A stretch of DNA of 60,383 bases, the filler included, from Perkinsus olseni (lineage: Eukaryota): the NCBI GenBank assembly GCA_013115125.1. It is 10 parts of 10 records of this genome, joined end to end, with 100 filler letters (N's around TTAATTAATTAA, not from the genome) between each part and the next. Parts side by side here need not be neighbours in the genome. Positions count along the whole stretch, not along the records: positions 6,080 to 12,052 come from JABANN010001144.1; positions 12,153 to 18,123 come from JABANN010001145.1; positions 18,224 to 24,192 come from JABANN010001146.1; positions 24,293 to 30,259 come from JABANN010001147.1; 6 more parts are not named here. One strand, written 5' to 3'. Positions 11,931 through 25,379 of the stretch are shown in pieces. Within the stretch, counting starts at the first letter, position 1; every line of letters starts with the position of its first letter. The notes below the pieces were generated by a model. That model was not told the origin of the DNA. It did no database searches and saw only the letters and a program-made list of their open reading frames with translations. The translations under genes were made by a program, and so were the position numbers.

Positions 11931-12316
11931 CCGGGGGGGGGGGGGGGGGGGGGGGGTTTTATTTTGTGGTTGGTTTTTGTTGGGGCATACAATTTTTATC
12001 CACCAAATTAGATTGGGTTTTTTTTTTAAAAGCCAAACATATGTGGGGGCGGNNNNNNNNNNNNNNNNNNNNNNNNNNNNNNNNNNNNNNNNNNNNTTAA
12101 TTAATTAANNNNNNNNNNNNNNNNNNNNNNNNNNNNNNNNNNNNNNNNNNNNTTACTCGTTCTGTGCATTGCTGTTGCCTCGTAGTCCAATAGCCACAGC
12201 TATCATCGGCAGGGCGGGACGAGTCAAGTTCGACGAGTTTAGGGTGGGTCGTGTGCATCGGAGCAGGATTTGCAGGACCCCGAGCGCTGTTGGTTCGCGT
12301 TCGCTTCCGCTTCTTT

Positions 12317-12389
12317 GGTACGATGGACGAGCGGCCGACTGCGATCCCGACATTGTAAACCCGCCGTGGTTCGAATCCTACACGTGTCA
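12317..12389 (+). pseudogene. Degenerate tRNA-like relic (Leu/Ser-like ends)
   Basis: GGTACGATGGACGAGCGG...GTGGTTCGAATCCTACACGTGTCA: A-box and B-box-like motifs and a partial acceptor stem; no clean anticodon arm. Confidence 0.3.
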
Positions 12390-12878
12390 TTTGTGCTGTT
12401 TGCCCCTAAAAAGTTCAAGGCAGGTTGCGAATTCACCCGGGCGTTGGATACTATAACCAGCACTAAGTGCTCGTTCCACGCGTATGAAACTCACTTGTTC
12501 TTCTGTAACCCAAATCAAGCCCTGTGGAAGTCACTCGAGGCTTAATGCGAACTCAAGACTGATGCCACTTTTGTTAAGGGCCCTTGAGGTAGCATTCCCC
12601 TTGAGTCACCACTTAATGGAGGTCATTTGGAACCCACTAGCCCTTCGATCGAGCCCTAATCTGCTCAGCACTGTCACAACTTTGGCCGCTAGAGTGCTTA
12701 TAGTCAGTGGAAGCCACATAAAACAGGCCCTTGATCAACCCCAGGGAAAAGCATCTTTCCAAAAAATACCCTTCGCGCTAGGCCGCTCGGCGTTGCCAAC
12801 GAGCGTTTTGTATAGTACGCGTAGGGATGATTGGTCCAGCAAGATTCCCAATGCAGAGTTGCAGTCGTGTTTGCGACA

Positions 12879-15800
12879 ATGTCCACGCAATCACCGGCGA
12901 ACGAGATTGCCGTGCACCCTCCTGAGGAGAAGAAGAAAAAGCGGAAACAGAAAAATAGAGAGCACACAGTTCCACAGGTCATCAGCTTCACCGTTCATCT
13001 GGCACCATCACGGTGGGCTCAGGTGGCATCGACAGCTCCGAGTTGCCCAGCGGCAGCAGCGGCGCAAGCTGCGGTAGCCTTCCTCAAGCAACGGGAGGAG
13101 GAACGGAAGAGGGCAGAGGAATCTCTGGAGGCTGAGAGAGCTTTCGCAGGGCAGAAAGGGTACCGCTAGGAGACCGGTTCGAATGGTCGGTGACAGGGTC
13201 TGTAGGGCCGCTGTTAACGAAGCACCGAGACAGACAAGTGCTTCTGGATCGAGCAAGAAAAAGAAGAAAAACAAAAGTGCCAAACCAGCGCCGTTGACGG
13301 AGAGGGATAGACAGTAAGCTCAGTGGCTTGTGATCCTTGTCCTTGCGCCGCTGCCACTGGGACTTGGTTTGGTGAATGCGTCCACTTTGGGTTAGGTACC
13401 GAACCTTCCTCGAGGAGTCCGGCCAGATACTAGGAGATTCCCCTGACAAGAATAGGGCGAGAACTCAGAGTGAACTGTACTAGGGCATGCTTGCTGTCTG
13501 CCAGCAGCAGCAGCAGCTGATTTGGTGAAGGTATGGTAAGAAGAAGAAGAATACGCAGAAATCTCGACAAGCATCTTCGCCATCTCAAGCGGAAGCCCCC
13601 GCATCACCGACGAACTCCGAGGGGGATAGCCGGAGTGTTAGGTGATTGACTCGCCTTTGTTCTAATGGGAGGAGCTTGTCTTCTCGTCAAAGGTCACATT
13701 CCTGGGAGTTGGTCGATCTGCCTTCCCCAGAAGGGACTGGTGTAGTGGTGACACCAGTGCATACCTCGTCAACTCCGTCACCGGCCCGAGCGATGCTATC
13801 CCAGGGAGGAACGGGTGAGGGGGATGCACTTTGGTGGTCGATAATAGTCATCCTAGAGGAAATTCATGGACACTACTAACGTTTGTTTGTTTGGTCGGCG
13901 CCCTTTGTGCTGAGAGACGTGGCGATTGTACAATGGGCAGCTCGATGTATAAGGAAAGCTTCGTTTGAGAGCGCCGGACCCAATTGTTTTGAGGACTACT
14001 ATTGTGTAGCACCCGCCGCCGTCCTTTGTGGTGAGACGTGGCGATTATACCATGTACGGCACTGTATATAAGGGACCTAACTCTTGATTGTAAATGGGAG
14101 GTGCGAACGTTTCCGTAGAGGCCGTGAAGGAGCATGTGAGGTTCATACTCACTAGTTCTGCACTGGACTTTCGTTCCGACTCAGCTCAACTGAAGGAGGG
14201 CACGCTACCTCTGCGAGCTCCGGTCATCTGTGTGCTCGGTCATACTGATGCCGGTAAAACGAAGTTGCTTGACCGTATCAGGAGCTCCAAGGTTCAAGAA
14301 GGTAGGTGGTGATGGTTGGGGTTGATCGGACGCCTGTGTGGCAGGGGAAGCTGGGGGTATATCACAACATATAGGGGCGACGATGCTGCCGAGGGAGGCA
14401 TTGGCGAGGATATCAGCTTCTTTACAGAGGGACGAGGAATTGGAGATGAAGGTCATACCACAACTCCCGCTACTCCTAACGCAGGGTCTAGGTCGTAGGA
14501 CGGTCATATGAGTGTACCCATATAGAGTATAGGCGAACACTTCCTGCATGGCCACTAGTTGGAATCACAATGAGGCGGCCCCTTAGTCGGGGAAGGGTCG
14601 GGTTGGCTCAGGTCCCAGGGCTTCTGCTGCTGGACACGCCAGGCCATGAGACCTTCAACAACCTCAGGCATCGAGGCAGCTCCATCTGTGATGTTGGCAT
14701 AGTGGTGGTGAGTCAGCCCGCAGTGGCCACTTTTTCCACTGGCCTACTTCTAGGTGGACATCATGCATGGTGTAGAGAAACAAACGAAAGAAGCCATCGC
14801 TCTGCTGCGAGACCAGCGCAGGCCCTTCGTCCTCGCTCTCAACAAGGTCACCACCGCTCGGCCCAATTCTGTCCTCATCGAAGTTGTCGTATCAGGTCGA
14901 TCGGCTCTACGGTTGGCAACCCGACACGTCCGCTTCGATTCGGAAGGCCTTGGAAAATCAACAGGGAGGCACTAGTGATGAATTCCACACTCGCTGGACC
15001 AAAGTTCGAGTACGTCCTTCGCGCGGCGCGAATCGCGCCAAGCCACATTGGCTGTTACGTGGAAGCTCAGGTGCAGCTGGCGGAGCTCGGGCTCAACGCA
15101 AGCCTCTGCTGGGAGCTTGGACGCCACGAGAAAAAGGATATATCGGTCGTACCGGTATCAGCGCTCACTGGAGAGGGCATCCCCGATTTGCTCTTTCTAT
15201 TGGTCAGAAGCCTTCCATCACCGTCTTCGGTTACTCCCTCTGATTTCAGTCATCATTCTGTCAACGATTCCTTTCGAACCGCCTTGCGATGAAGGCAAGC
15301 CCTCTCGTGTGTACGGTACTGGAGGTGCGGGAAGTGGTTGGCATGGGAGTGTGCGCTGACGTCATTCTGGTGCAGGGGAGTAGGTGGCTTCGGTGGCCTC
15401 TTCCTGCCTGACTACACTCTCAGGCCTGCACGAAGGCGATCATATCTCCCTCAGAAGCAGGAGTAGTGAGGTAGTAACAAGCACCATCAGAGCATTGGTC
15501 ACGCCCAAGCCCTTGGAGTAGTAGCCAATGGGAGATGCTATCCTCGATGCTAATGACGGGCTCCTTCGCAGGGAGCTTCGATCGCAGAGTGGCGGCGCGG
15601 CTGCGTACAACTACTACCATTCTGTCACGGGAACGGCAGCAGTCCGGATCAGCGGTCCCAATCTGAGCAACGTAGGGCAATCAGCCCTTTTCGTCCTCGA
15701 CGGCGACCGATTTTTAACTGCTTTCTAGCAGTTTCTAGACTTGAATGCCGGCAGTGCCATGCGATTGCAGATTGATGGGCTCTTGTAAGTTCAGGTGCAG

Positions 15801-17008
15801 GCCGGGTCCCTTTTGACAGTCGATGAGACTAAAGCCAGATCTATCGTAGGCGCTCTTGGCTGACAGGACGACCATGCATCCTCCTCCAGGCACCAACCAC
15901 AGTGACGAGCCCCTGTGTCAACTTGGCGAATGGCGTAGGGATAACTATGAAGTGCTCATCAATGGGAGGAGTGGAGGCCCTCACTAAACTGGTGAAGGAT
16001 CTTCGAGCGCCCATCGGACTGGCTGCGATTGGCGATGTAGTACTCCTGCCGAGGGGAGGGCGGGTAGCCTTTGATTGGACTCGTGAGTGCCCGAGGCTAA
16101 TTCATCACTGTAGCGAGCGACGCGCCGTAGGTCCGAGCGCTGTCAACTTTTCCTACGATCGTACACGGCTTTAGATTAGCGTTCTGACACGACTCTTCTG
16201 TTAACCCGTTTGCGCCGACTGCCGCTTTGTTGGAAGATCCCCGATCACTCCCTCCTGGTATCTAAGGTTGAAGCTGGGCTCAGGTCCATCTGCTAGATAT
16301 CCGGAAGACCTCGTGCGTTCTGTCGAATCATAGCAAATACGGCATCGTCTTGGCGTACGATGTAAAAGTCAACAGTGACGCTCGAAGCGAAGCTGAGAAA
16401 CTTGGTGTAGTGCAACCCACGAGTTTCGCCACTCAAGCCCAGGTGCCTAGGTTCGCATTATTGAGGGTAACGTGATTTACAAACTAGTCGAGGAGCTCAA
16501 GATGTACCTTGAGGAGAAGGAAGCGGAGCGGTGAGCCTAGCATGGTCTAGGCCAGGCCTTTGCAGCCGGCTTCATCAGGCAAAGAGAAGAAGCTGCCATG
16601 GCGGTGTTCCCGTGTGTGGTGTCCATCGTACCGTCTCTGGTGCTCTCGCGCAAGCCTCCGTTACACTTTGGTCTGTATGTGGAAGAAGGGGTCTTACGAA
16701 TCGGCACTCCGTTATGTGTCGCGAGCCGGAAACAAGTGCAACTCGGCAAAGTTGTGTCGATGAAGTCCACCAATGACGAGAAGGCCGTCGAGGAGGCTAC
16801 TGCTGGGGACACTGTGATGGTCAGGCTGACAGCACCGCAGAACAACGTCTGGTTGGGGAGCGGTGGAGGCCTTGAGGAGAACAGCAAGATTGTATCCTAT
16901 ATTACTCGGGATAGTATTGACTTTCTGAAGGCCTACCACAAAGATAGTGTGAAAATTCAGGATTGGGAGCTAGTGCTACGATTGAAGAAAGTTTTTGGAA
17001 TAACATGA
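12879..17008 (+). CDS. eIF5B: Eukaryotic translation initiation factor 5B (IF2 family GTPase), multi-exon, divergent
   Basis: Exons encode [90 protein letters not shown] and C-terminal [15 protein letters not shown]...[14 protein letters not shown]. Lys/Glu-rich N-terminus from ATG 12879 (start less certain). Confidence 0.9.
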
Positions 17009-18531
17009 TGTTGTCGCAATAGTGATGTAGTTGCCACGTTTGTGGTTTGCCGAACTATAATTACTTTCTGAACTGTTAATTGCTGAGTTGGAACCCAGTC
17101 AAGTACATCGCCCGGTTTATGTGGCATGAAGGGTGAGAGTTGTTGTCTGCTAGAGGACGCGGAAGTCGAGAACGCAGCTTAGTTGGATACGAATGGCTTA
17201 CGCTGGGGTGTATCTCATCTCATACAGTATAATACCATCGGCTCGCCCAGAGGTGCCACTCATCAATCCGAACTCGGTTCGGCAGCCCGCTGAGGGATTA
17301 CGAAATCGTGATGGATGAGATCGTCCGGAATTCCCATTCGTCACGCGGGTGAAGCTGCAACTCAAAGCATATTGTGGTATCAGAAACATTCGTGATTGTA
17401 CTTCACAGTTCAATCGGACGATCTTATTTACGACTATCTACTTCAAGTCATCTAAAAAAGAAGACGCGCGAGTAAATTCACAGCTGGAGCAGGAGGAATG
17501 TTTGGGCGCCCTCTTAACCGGGAAAGGCTAGCCGCTAGCCAACTTTGACTTATACTTCTACCTTTTGTAGGTGCATCACTGTACGGCCTCGAGTAAGTGA
17601 TGTACTGGACGTCAGGCAGCCGAACGAGGTGAGGCAAAATACGACCTCACTATGCTGGGTGAGCCTGCGTTCGACCCAGGTTCGATCCTGGTGGGTGTAT
17701 CTTCGCCTCTTTTGTAACATGCCACCATAGAGTCGCTTCGCAGTGCCATCTGAACAACATGATGGATGAAATGCTGTAGGACTGGCTGAGATGAGAATTT
17801 CTTTCTTTGAGCCTTCCTCAATGCATGAATTGAGCTGGATGCAAGTGCACTGAATGGGATGGCCGTGAGCGAGATAAGGGTGGGAGAGTTTAGTAGTGGA
17901 TGGAGTTAAAACGGACGCGATGGTTCACGCCGCTCTCGAACAGCTAGAGCGAAGCCTCGGCGCGAGATTCTCGCGCAGCGAATCACTACTTCGGTGAAAG
18001 GGTGACGCATGAACACGCTAGCCAGATTGAAACGTTCCTTAATAACGAGGAATACATGAATTAGTCATCACGTCTTCCTGCTCTAAGGCTTCGACCGACT
18101 TCATCTGCATCTTCCTCCATCCTNNNNNNNNNNNNNNNNNNNNNNNNNNNNNNNNNNNNNNNNNNNNTTAATTAATTAANNNNNNNNNNNNNNNNNNNNN
18201 NNNNNNNNNNNNNNNNNNNNNNNATCTGTTATCATTCACTCACCATGGCTTCGGGTTCATCAAACAACACAGGGTCTCCATGGAACTACAACAGGCCTCG
18301 GCATCAGTACAGAACGCATAAGTGAGCTTTTATCGCTTTACAACGTCGCTTTTATGCTTCTATTTCAGCAGGTGAAAGCTCCAACATGCTACTTCTCTTT
18401 CTGAATGTATTTCTCGAGTCGGTTGTTGGTTTTGTACCGGTTGGCAGCTCGGTGTCCCCTCATTGCTCTGCAAGAGAGTACCATAAGTAACACTGACGTT
18501 TCTTAGTGGTCGTGGTTGTTGTCACCTCCCA

Positions 18532-19889
18532 ATGCTGAGCCTTTTTGCTCCTACTCGCCAGCTCGCGCGGTCCTGCATCTCCAGACTCGGCTGTGCTCGC
18601 TTCGCCTCAACTTTTGTCAACGTAAGGCTCAAGTACTGTCCCTATAAAGACGCCTATCGTATGCGGTCATTACCTGTCTCGACCTCATGCTCTTAGTCTG
18701 TTATCACAACTGTGTTCCTCTCAGGTGGTCAAGGAACAGAACGCCTCGTACACTAGGAAGGCATTGAAGTGCTACGAGGAGTCGAAGGACGGAGTTGATA
18801 GGAAACTCGATCCTGTAGCTACCTTTCGACTCTTCCTATTCACTTATGCTTCCACGTGCCGTTCACGCCTCTTCTTTCACGGTGGCTTGTAATCCACGTG
18901 TGCATCTTGTATATCTCTCAACTGAATTTCACGTCCGATTGCTGCAGGTTTTCAACAACAACCCGTTAGTCCTCTTCATGGAGGGTACTGTTGACGCACC
19001 AAAAGGCCAACTAAGCCTGAATGTGGTGAAGATGCTCACCGAGGTAGTATGATAGCTTTTTGACTTCATCGGAATTAGCGTACTCGGGAATTGGTTTGTG
19101 AATGGGTTGAACCCGCTGAGATTATTGGGCGCACCAGTTTGCACTCATTATCCCTCTCGAGTGTATAGAAGAGCATTGTTCCGTCTGGAAGAAATCTCGT
19201 GAGGGGTGAGCGTCTACTATCAGGTCCAAGCAGTCCCGCTTGTAACTGTCGATGTCACTGAGCATCCCGCAATCACAGGGTAGTACAGGGTGTGAATGTG
19301 TTATACAATAGGGACTAAGGCTCGTGTTTTCTTTTTTGAGCGGTCCTCATCTCCGGACAATTGTACTTCACCTTTCTCATATCGTTTTTCTTCTGCTCTC
19401 AATTTTCTCTCATCAGGTATACTGTGGCAAAGAGCGGCTCGGAAGTAACGCCGCATTTGTACTACAATGGCAATTTTTATGGAGACCACGATAGGTATTA
19501 CTAATGAAATGTGCGATTCCGACCATACTACCTGCGTATTATGTGCCGACTGTGCCTACGTGTAGTGTTATGTTCTACATAACACATGTACTGCTACATT
19601 ATGGCACTCCGCTGTGTATTCGGAAGCATCGTGTACGAATTCTCGATGTCGCCGCTGGAGGTCTCGCTCTTCTGTCAGGCTGTTGAGCAAGTACAAGAAC
19701 GGCGAACTGAGGAAGATTGGCACCAACAAGAGGTCGTAGGGGTAGATTCGCGGTCGACAAATTTTCTCGAGACCGCCTCACAGTGATTAATCGAAATAAA
19801 TTCTAACCGTGATTGCCCCGTACGAGAACTTCTATATGTTTAGGTCCGAAGGTGCTTTTGCCGGGGAGCTCCCAATTGGTATGTATTGA
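18532..19889 (+). CDS. Monothiol glutaredoxin (Grx5)-like protein lacking the CGFS cysteine, with a mitochondrial-type presequence; multi-exon
   Basis: Exon 1 MLSLFAPTRQLARSCISRLGCARFAST (Arg/Ser-rich, no acidic residues). Later exons: NPLVLFMEGTVDAPKGQLSLNVVKML, VDVTEHPAITG, TPHLYYNGNFYGDHD, and probable last exon GELPIGMY*. Confidence 0.7.
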
Positions 19890-20376
19890 AGGCTAGAAAT
19901 TCTTGTGGGTTGACAGTTTCTCAGCAGCAGTCTGTGTGACGTATGACAGTTGCGTTCAGAGCTAGTTGTTGGTGGGATAAGTGCTCGGGACGGGAAGGAT
20001 TTAACTGCGTCTACTTTCTGCTCGCGGCTGACGAGCGATAGATGAGAATTGGCTCTACCAACTCAAGATAATCTAGCCTGCGGAAACTGAGTCCTTGTCA
20101 CACTCGAAACCCCATCAAGTTCTTTGGTAATCCACTAGACGGGAAGGAATCGGCAACAATGACTCCTTGCCCCTGTCAAGGAACACACAGATCAGGGGAC
20201 TTCGTGGAGAGGTCAGTGTCGGCCATATAGGTTCCGCGAGCTTCTTGTCGGTTATGAAGTACTGTCTTAGTGTTTGAATTTTCACATTCGGCGCACCTCC
20301 CAGGCGGGCTTTAATGAGCCTGGTATACGATCACAGACATCCCGCCGCTAAAGAGGGATAGGTTAAACTACACAAC

Positions 20377-20447
20377 TGCGCCCGCCGGGAGTTGAACCCG
20401 GATCACAAGCATGGGAAGCTTGTATGATACCGCTACACTACGAGCGC
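20377..20447 (-). tRNA. tRNA-Gly(CCC)
   Basis: GCGCTCGTAGTGTAGCGGTATCATACAAGCTTCCCATGCTTGTGATCCGGGTTCAACTCCCGGCGGGCGCA: canonical cloverleaf. Confidence 0.92.
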
Positions 20448-21539
20448 CGTTACTCTAATCTTCATAGCGGCGAAAGGATAGTGATTTCGCCACGTTGCTC
20501 GAAGCCGCGTTGCGACCCAACCGCAGACTTTCGACTCAGTGGGAAAACAGCAGATAAATGAGCCCAAAAACGTCAACGCTGCATAGTCACGGTGGCGAAG
20601 CACTGAGAAATGGATGATTTGATCGGAGAGCGGGAATCGGATACCCCTATCGGCTCGCCCAGAACCCTCAACGTCTCTCGCGTTCTCCGAAATGCTTCGA
20701 TGCACAACGGACGAGAGTATCGTAGTGCGCACCGGAGGAGTAAAGTGGTTATACTAATAGTCTCCCGCTTGCGCAAGCTTTGCTATCCCAAAAAGTTGAT
20801 CCGTGTCGGCGGCATACATGTTTCGCAGACGCCCCAAAAACGCGGTATGGAAACATCTCGACGTCAGCTCCCTCCAGTCAACTAAATGAACACCACAACT
20901 ATTATGCAACAACAGCTCAATACTAAGACAAGGGCAACAAGCCACAGTGTTGAAGTGAAAAAATTCTGAATCTGGTCAGGCCCAAGGAGCAACAGCGAGT
21001 GCTAACATAAAGGGAGGCGGACAATTGGTAAATCACTTCTGTCCCGCTTTTCGAAATATCGTAGGTGCCTAACGGCGTCGGCTAACCTAATAAAAAATCA
21101 GGCGTCGATAGGACGCACACGGGGTGACGCGATTACTTCTGGGAGAGATACGGCGTGGGTCCAATGCCGTGTTGGGCGTCAGCAAACGGAACATCGACAC
21201 GCGCTTGACGTCACGCTTACGAGGGACTGCACCTTGAGCTCGAGACCTGACAGAATTCTTCGTGCCAGTAACGGAGGGTGCGTTTACCGCGGGGATCTCG
21301 GTTGTGGTCGTTCACTAGTGGAGCATGAAGGTTCTGCTGATGCCTTTGGGTAGGCCTTGCAACGTCGGTTACCTACAAGACCACGACTGCGAGGATCCGA
21401 GCAACGAGCTTTCCTACGCTCGCTAGAGCTGGCTGGCTTAGCGACTCCTCCGCTCCGACCGTTAATCCATGGGCCCGGAGGTGGAATAGAGTCTGGCTGT
21501 CGTCTGGCTTGGCGTGGTTGCCTAATTTAAAGATGACTC

Positions 21540-22271
21540 TCACCCCACGTGGTCCAATCGAAGCACGTACTCCAACATCGCGGGTCCTGGGTGTCGTCTA
21601 GATGCAAGAAGCTGAGCGATGGCTGGAGTGATAGGGGGCATCGGCGGAGCAGGCATTTCATGAATGAAAGCCATGCCGCCCACAACTTTGCGAGCACCCA
21701 TCAGGATTCTTCTTTTATCGCTTCGAGGCATGATATCAGTACGAAAGCGAGTCGTACTTGAGGCTGGGCGCTCGCCAAGGACCGACGTGAAACCACCAAT
21801 GTCGCGAGGGGGCGGCTCGATATGCTCAGCAGCCCCTCTGAGCTCCTCCGCACGCTTCAGCTCCAGCAAACGGTCTACCTCGCTGTTGTGGTTGAACTCT
21901 GATTTCTCCAACCACTCACAGAAGATTGGGTGGGTGTACCGCCAGTCGTCTCGATTGCCCTCGCCAATAGGCTGCGCATCATTATCCGTATCTTCCTCCT
22001 CTTCCTCTTCTTCCTCCTCGTCATCCTCAGTAGTAGTGGGGTCGATAGGGATCGGCCGACTCGTTTCGGGATCGCTCAAGTCAGTGTAAGCGAAGGGATC
22101 GATGAGCCGATCCTCCGATGGTGTTGGAGGCTGCTCACTTCCCTCAGCAGGAAGAGGTTCCCTCGCTGGTTGGACCGGAGTCGATTCCAATTCGCTCTGA
22201 GTCGTCGACTTCGAAGCCTGGGCGCGCACTCTAGAACGATTCTTAGTGGATCTTCGAGACTTCTTGGGCAC
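21540..22271 (-). CDS. Hypothetical protein exon with basic N-terminus and acidic tract (probably part of a larger spliced gene spanning about 21200-23890)
   Basis: 243-codon ORF with a natural-looking K/R-rich patch and EDDEEEEEEEEEDTD; other minus-strand exon-like pieces upstream. No family recognised. Confidence 0.35.
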   Translation of the reverse strand: MPKKSRRSTKNRSRVRAQASKSTTQSELESTPVQPAREPLPAEGSEQPPTPSEDRLIDPFAYTDLSDPETSRPIPIDPTTTEDDEEEEEEEEEDTDNDAQPIGEGNRDDWRYTHPIFCEWLEKSEFNHNSEVDRLLELKRAEELRGAAEHIEPPPRDIGGFTSVLGERPASSTTRFRTDIMPRSDKRRILMGARKVVGGMAFIHEMPAPPMPPITPAIAQLLASRRHPGPAMLEYVLRLDHVG

Positions 22272-25200
22272 GATCGTAGGGCGGTTCTGCAGAGCTTGAG
22301 AGGCCGCGATCGCTGATTGAATCTGCTACCAACAACCTACGGAGCTGAGCCGAACTGGTGTACTCACCGTGATCTTCTGGGCCGGAGGAGTTTCCACCTC
22401 TCGCGACAACTCCACAAGAAGTTGTCTCCTGACTTTGTTGTTATTACTGTTGCTACCCCGGCTGGGTTTATCTCGTGGATGATGCTGATTGTTCTGATGA
22501 CTAGAGGAAGCGCTGGATGGCCCGTGACCCGATCCTGAGCAAACCGGAATGCCTCGCAAGCTGCGACTTCAAGGGAGGAAAAGAGTGTGCGATAACGCCA
22601 TGATTTCCGTGGTGCAGTGAGAAATCAGAGGTGAGGGGGGTACCCTACCGTGTCTAGAGGTCGAGGTGGTGGCAGCGGACGGCTGCGGTCGCTCAGCCTC
22701 TGGTTCCTCTTGTAAAGATGAAGGGGTTCGAGTAGAGACCGCGGGTGGTCTGAAGCCAACACCAAGCCGTACACTCAATTTCGTCCATTCGCAGGTGTGG
22801 CTAAGTTTACTGTCGTTTCAGCTTCTTTATGACGGCGACTTTCAGAGCTTTCTGCATCTTCGCACTAGTCCCTCTCCGCTGTGATCGAAGGACCATAGCG
22901 CCCAAGGCGGTCTGAAGAGTAAAACAAGTATTGCGCACGGTGTTGGGATCGAACCCGGGACCTACCGCGAAGATAATCACACCCATCCCAACGAGCTCCA
23001 CTGCGGACTCCCGCCTCAGCTTAGGAGGCTCCTCCACGAAGCCGTGAGTCCACATCATATCGGAAGCTAGTCTGGCCAATTCTCGCACGTACTCGGGGTT
23101 TTCCTGTCCGTGTGTGATGTAGTCTTCACCCTATACGTCGAAAAATATCCTCGACGACAGATGAACCAGGGACCTCGCGTACCCCTTCTGAGTAGCCACC
23201 GTAAGGAACAAGGAGACTTTCGAGCTGCCGCACAAGGGCCATTGTCTCGGCCAGAGCTGGGTCATCGGGAGCGTAATGGGAGTACGCCTACGAGAAGTCT
23301 AGTCATATCTTGCCGATCAGCGGAAGCGCTACCGATTGAGTGAGGTTATGGACGAACCACTGAAGAGCTTGCTGGATGAGCTCCTGCTCGGTTGAAGCGA
23401 CGACAGGCGTAACGCCGCCTGGGAGAAGCATTGCGATAGAGCGGCAGGAGCTTGAACGACTTACCGTCCTTCGTGGTGAAGAAGTCGTCGAGGTCGGATT
23501 TCTCGCAGTAAGCGCTGTCAGCATTGTAGAGGACTAACGAGCCTCCATTCTCGAACATGACGTCGAGGCTTTCGGGGCGCTCCTGATCGAAATTGATGGA
23601 AAAAAAGTCAGCCGGTCGAGCCAAACCTGAGCGCTGCCCTTCTTGTCTTTACGCTTTTTCTTCTCACGCTCGCCAGAATTCACAACAGGGGCCTCAGAAT
23701 TGGAGAAAGGAAGGCTCACAGTGTAGTATACATCGTTGTCTGAAATGACGCCGATGATGAGACTGAGGCGCCGTCGGGCCTACCAGCTCGAGCGGTGAAT
23801 AAGAGGAGAGTGAAGGCGATTAGAAGCGCTAATATGATAGGCTTGATGGAAGGAGGGGGTCCGCCTGTCGAGGCAAAAGGCGGCATTACAGAGACACAAC
23901 AACAGTGGGCTTGAAAGAGGTCGGGACTGGAACAGATTAATTGTGCGCTCTGACAATAATGCGCTGAGAAAATGTAAAAGAGCAAGATGGCTCTTGAGCC
24001 GCCATCAAGACGCGCTCCGCCGCATCGCATCAGTCAACTGGGAGTGTTGGGTGAGACTGTGGTGTAAATTAGCCCGAGACCCGAAGACCAGCAGACATCG
24101 CCAGGATGTCCAACACACTTCGGGCCAGCGGCCAATACAACACCGCAGTCACATTGCCTGGCACGCAAGCACACAGGCAATGTCTCCCAGATNNNNNNNN
24201 NNNNNNNNNNNNNNNNNNNNNNNNNNNNNNNNNNNNTTAATTAATTAANNNNNNNNNNNNNNNNNNNNNNNNNNNNNNNNNNNNNNNNNNNNAGCATCGT
24301 TCCCATTATACATCATAATTATCATATTGTCTCTCCCAATCTACTGATTGAGTTATCTGGTCACACGTTTCTCACATCTCACGGAACCCGACTGCATCTC
24401 GCTGCCCGTGCGTCGCGAGCACGTTCCGCCTAGAGGCGCGAGCAGACCCCCCAAAAGGAGAATCAGCATCCCTGCACTGCAAAGGCTTCGGTCGACAGCC
24501 ACAACCGTAGGTTAATCCACAATGCTCGTCGCTGTTGTACATCTGGTGGAATGTTCTGCATGTGCCACTGCACAGCAGCAAGGGTATTGAGTTCTCCCCA
24601 ATTCCCGAAGAGTTTGATGACTGTGAACCAAGGATGGCAGACTGGGCTCATTAAACACCATAAGGTGGCACGATGCGCTATACGGGAGGAGGGGAACTTC
24701 GGGCAGTAGGCCCAGGAGTGATGAATTGGTCAAGTCTGAAGGAGAGGATTAGTAACCGTCAAGGCAGCGTCGCCTCCTCACCTTTGGGCCGGAGTCATGC
24801 CCGGCGTGCTCGCAGTAACTACACTATGACGAGCGCTGGGAACTTCATTCTGCTGCGCCGTTGGTGTCTGTCGTCGCTCAGGGCTAATCGCTGTAATGCG
24901 ATCCTTCGCCACCGTCTCTCGGGGAGGGACCTGATACACCACTCAACTGCTTGCCCTGTGATGCTTCAAAAGTGCACTAGTCCGTCACCCACCTTGACGG
25001 GCAGGACGACGTCAGGCACCTTCACTGGGGTCCTGGCAGGGCCGGGTACTTCCGATTCACATTCAAAATTTCCATTCTTTGCTGGCCGAGGGGCCGCTGG
25101 GGGCAGTCCGCGCTCGGCCTCCGAGACAACTTCCTGAGAACGAAGATACAAGAGCATTCCACGGCCACATGAGTCACCGTAGCGGGGCGTGCAGCTTCGT

Positions 25201-25379
25201 GACCCAGAGCACCGTAGCTGTTGATGGACACTCTCCTCGGTACAACGCCCCTCGTACCATCCAAGAACGTGTACTGAGCGGCATGATATCAAGTCAGAAG
25301 GAAGAGTCGTGCGCTACCTTAGGGTTCTGCGGGTCCAGCTTTCGCCGAGTAACAATCCCTTTGGCGAGCGAGTTCACCT

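Noticed and set aside
11933-12052. Poly-G run giving a GGGGGGG peptide
   Set aside because: Low-quality scaffold end with homopolymers; not credible coding sequence.
17668-17699. GACCCAGGTTCGATCCTGGTGGGTGTA, tRNA T-arm-like
   Set aside because: Loop one base short and no D or anticodon arm upstream.
22930-23010. Minus-strand B-box-like GGTCCCGGGTTCGATCCC
   Set aside because: No consistent cloverleaf; lies within a probable coding exon.
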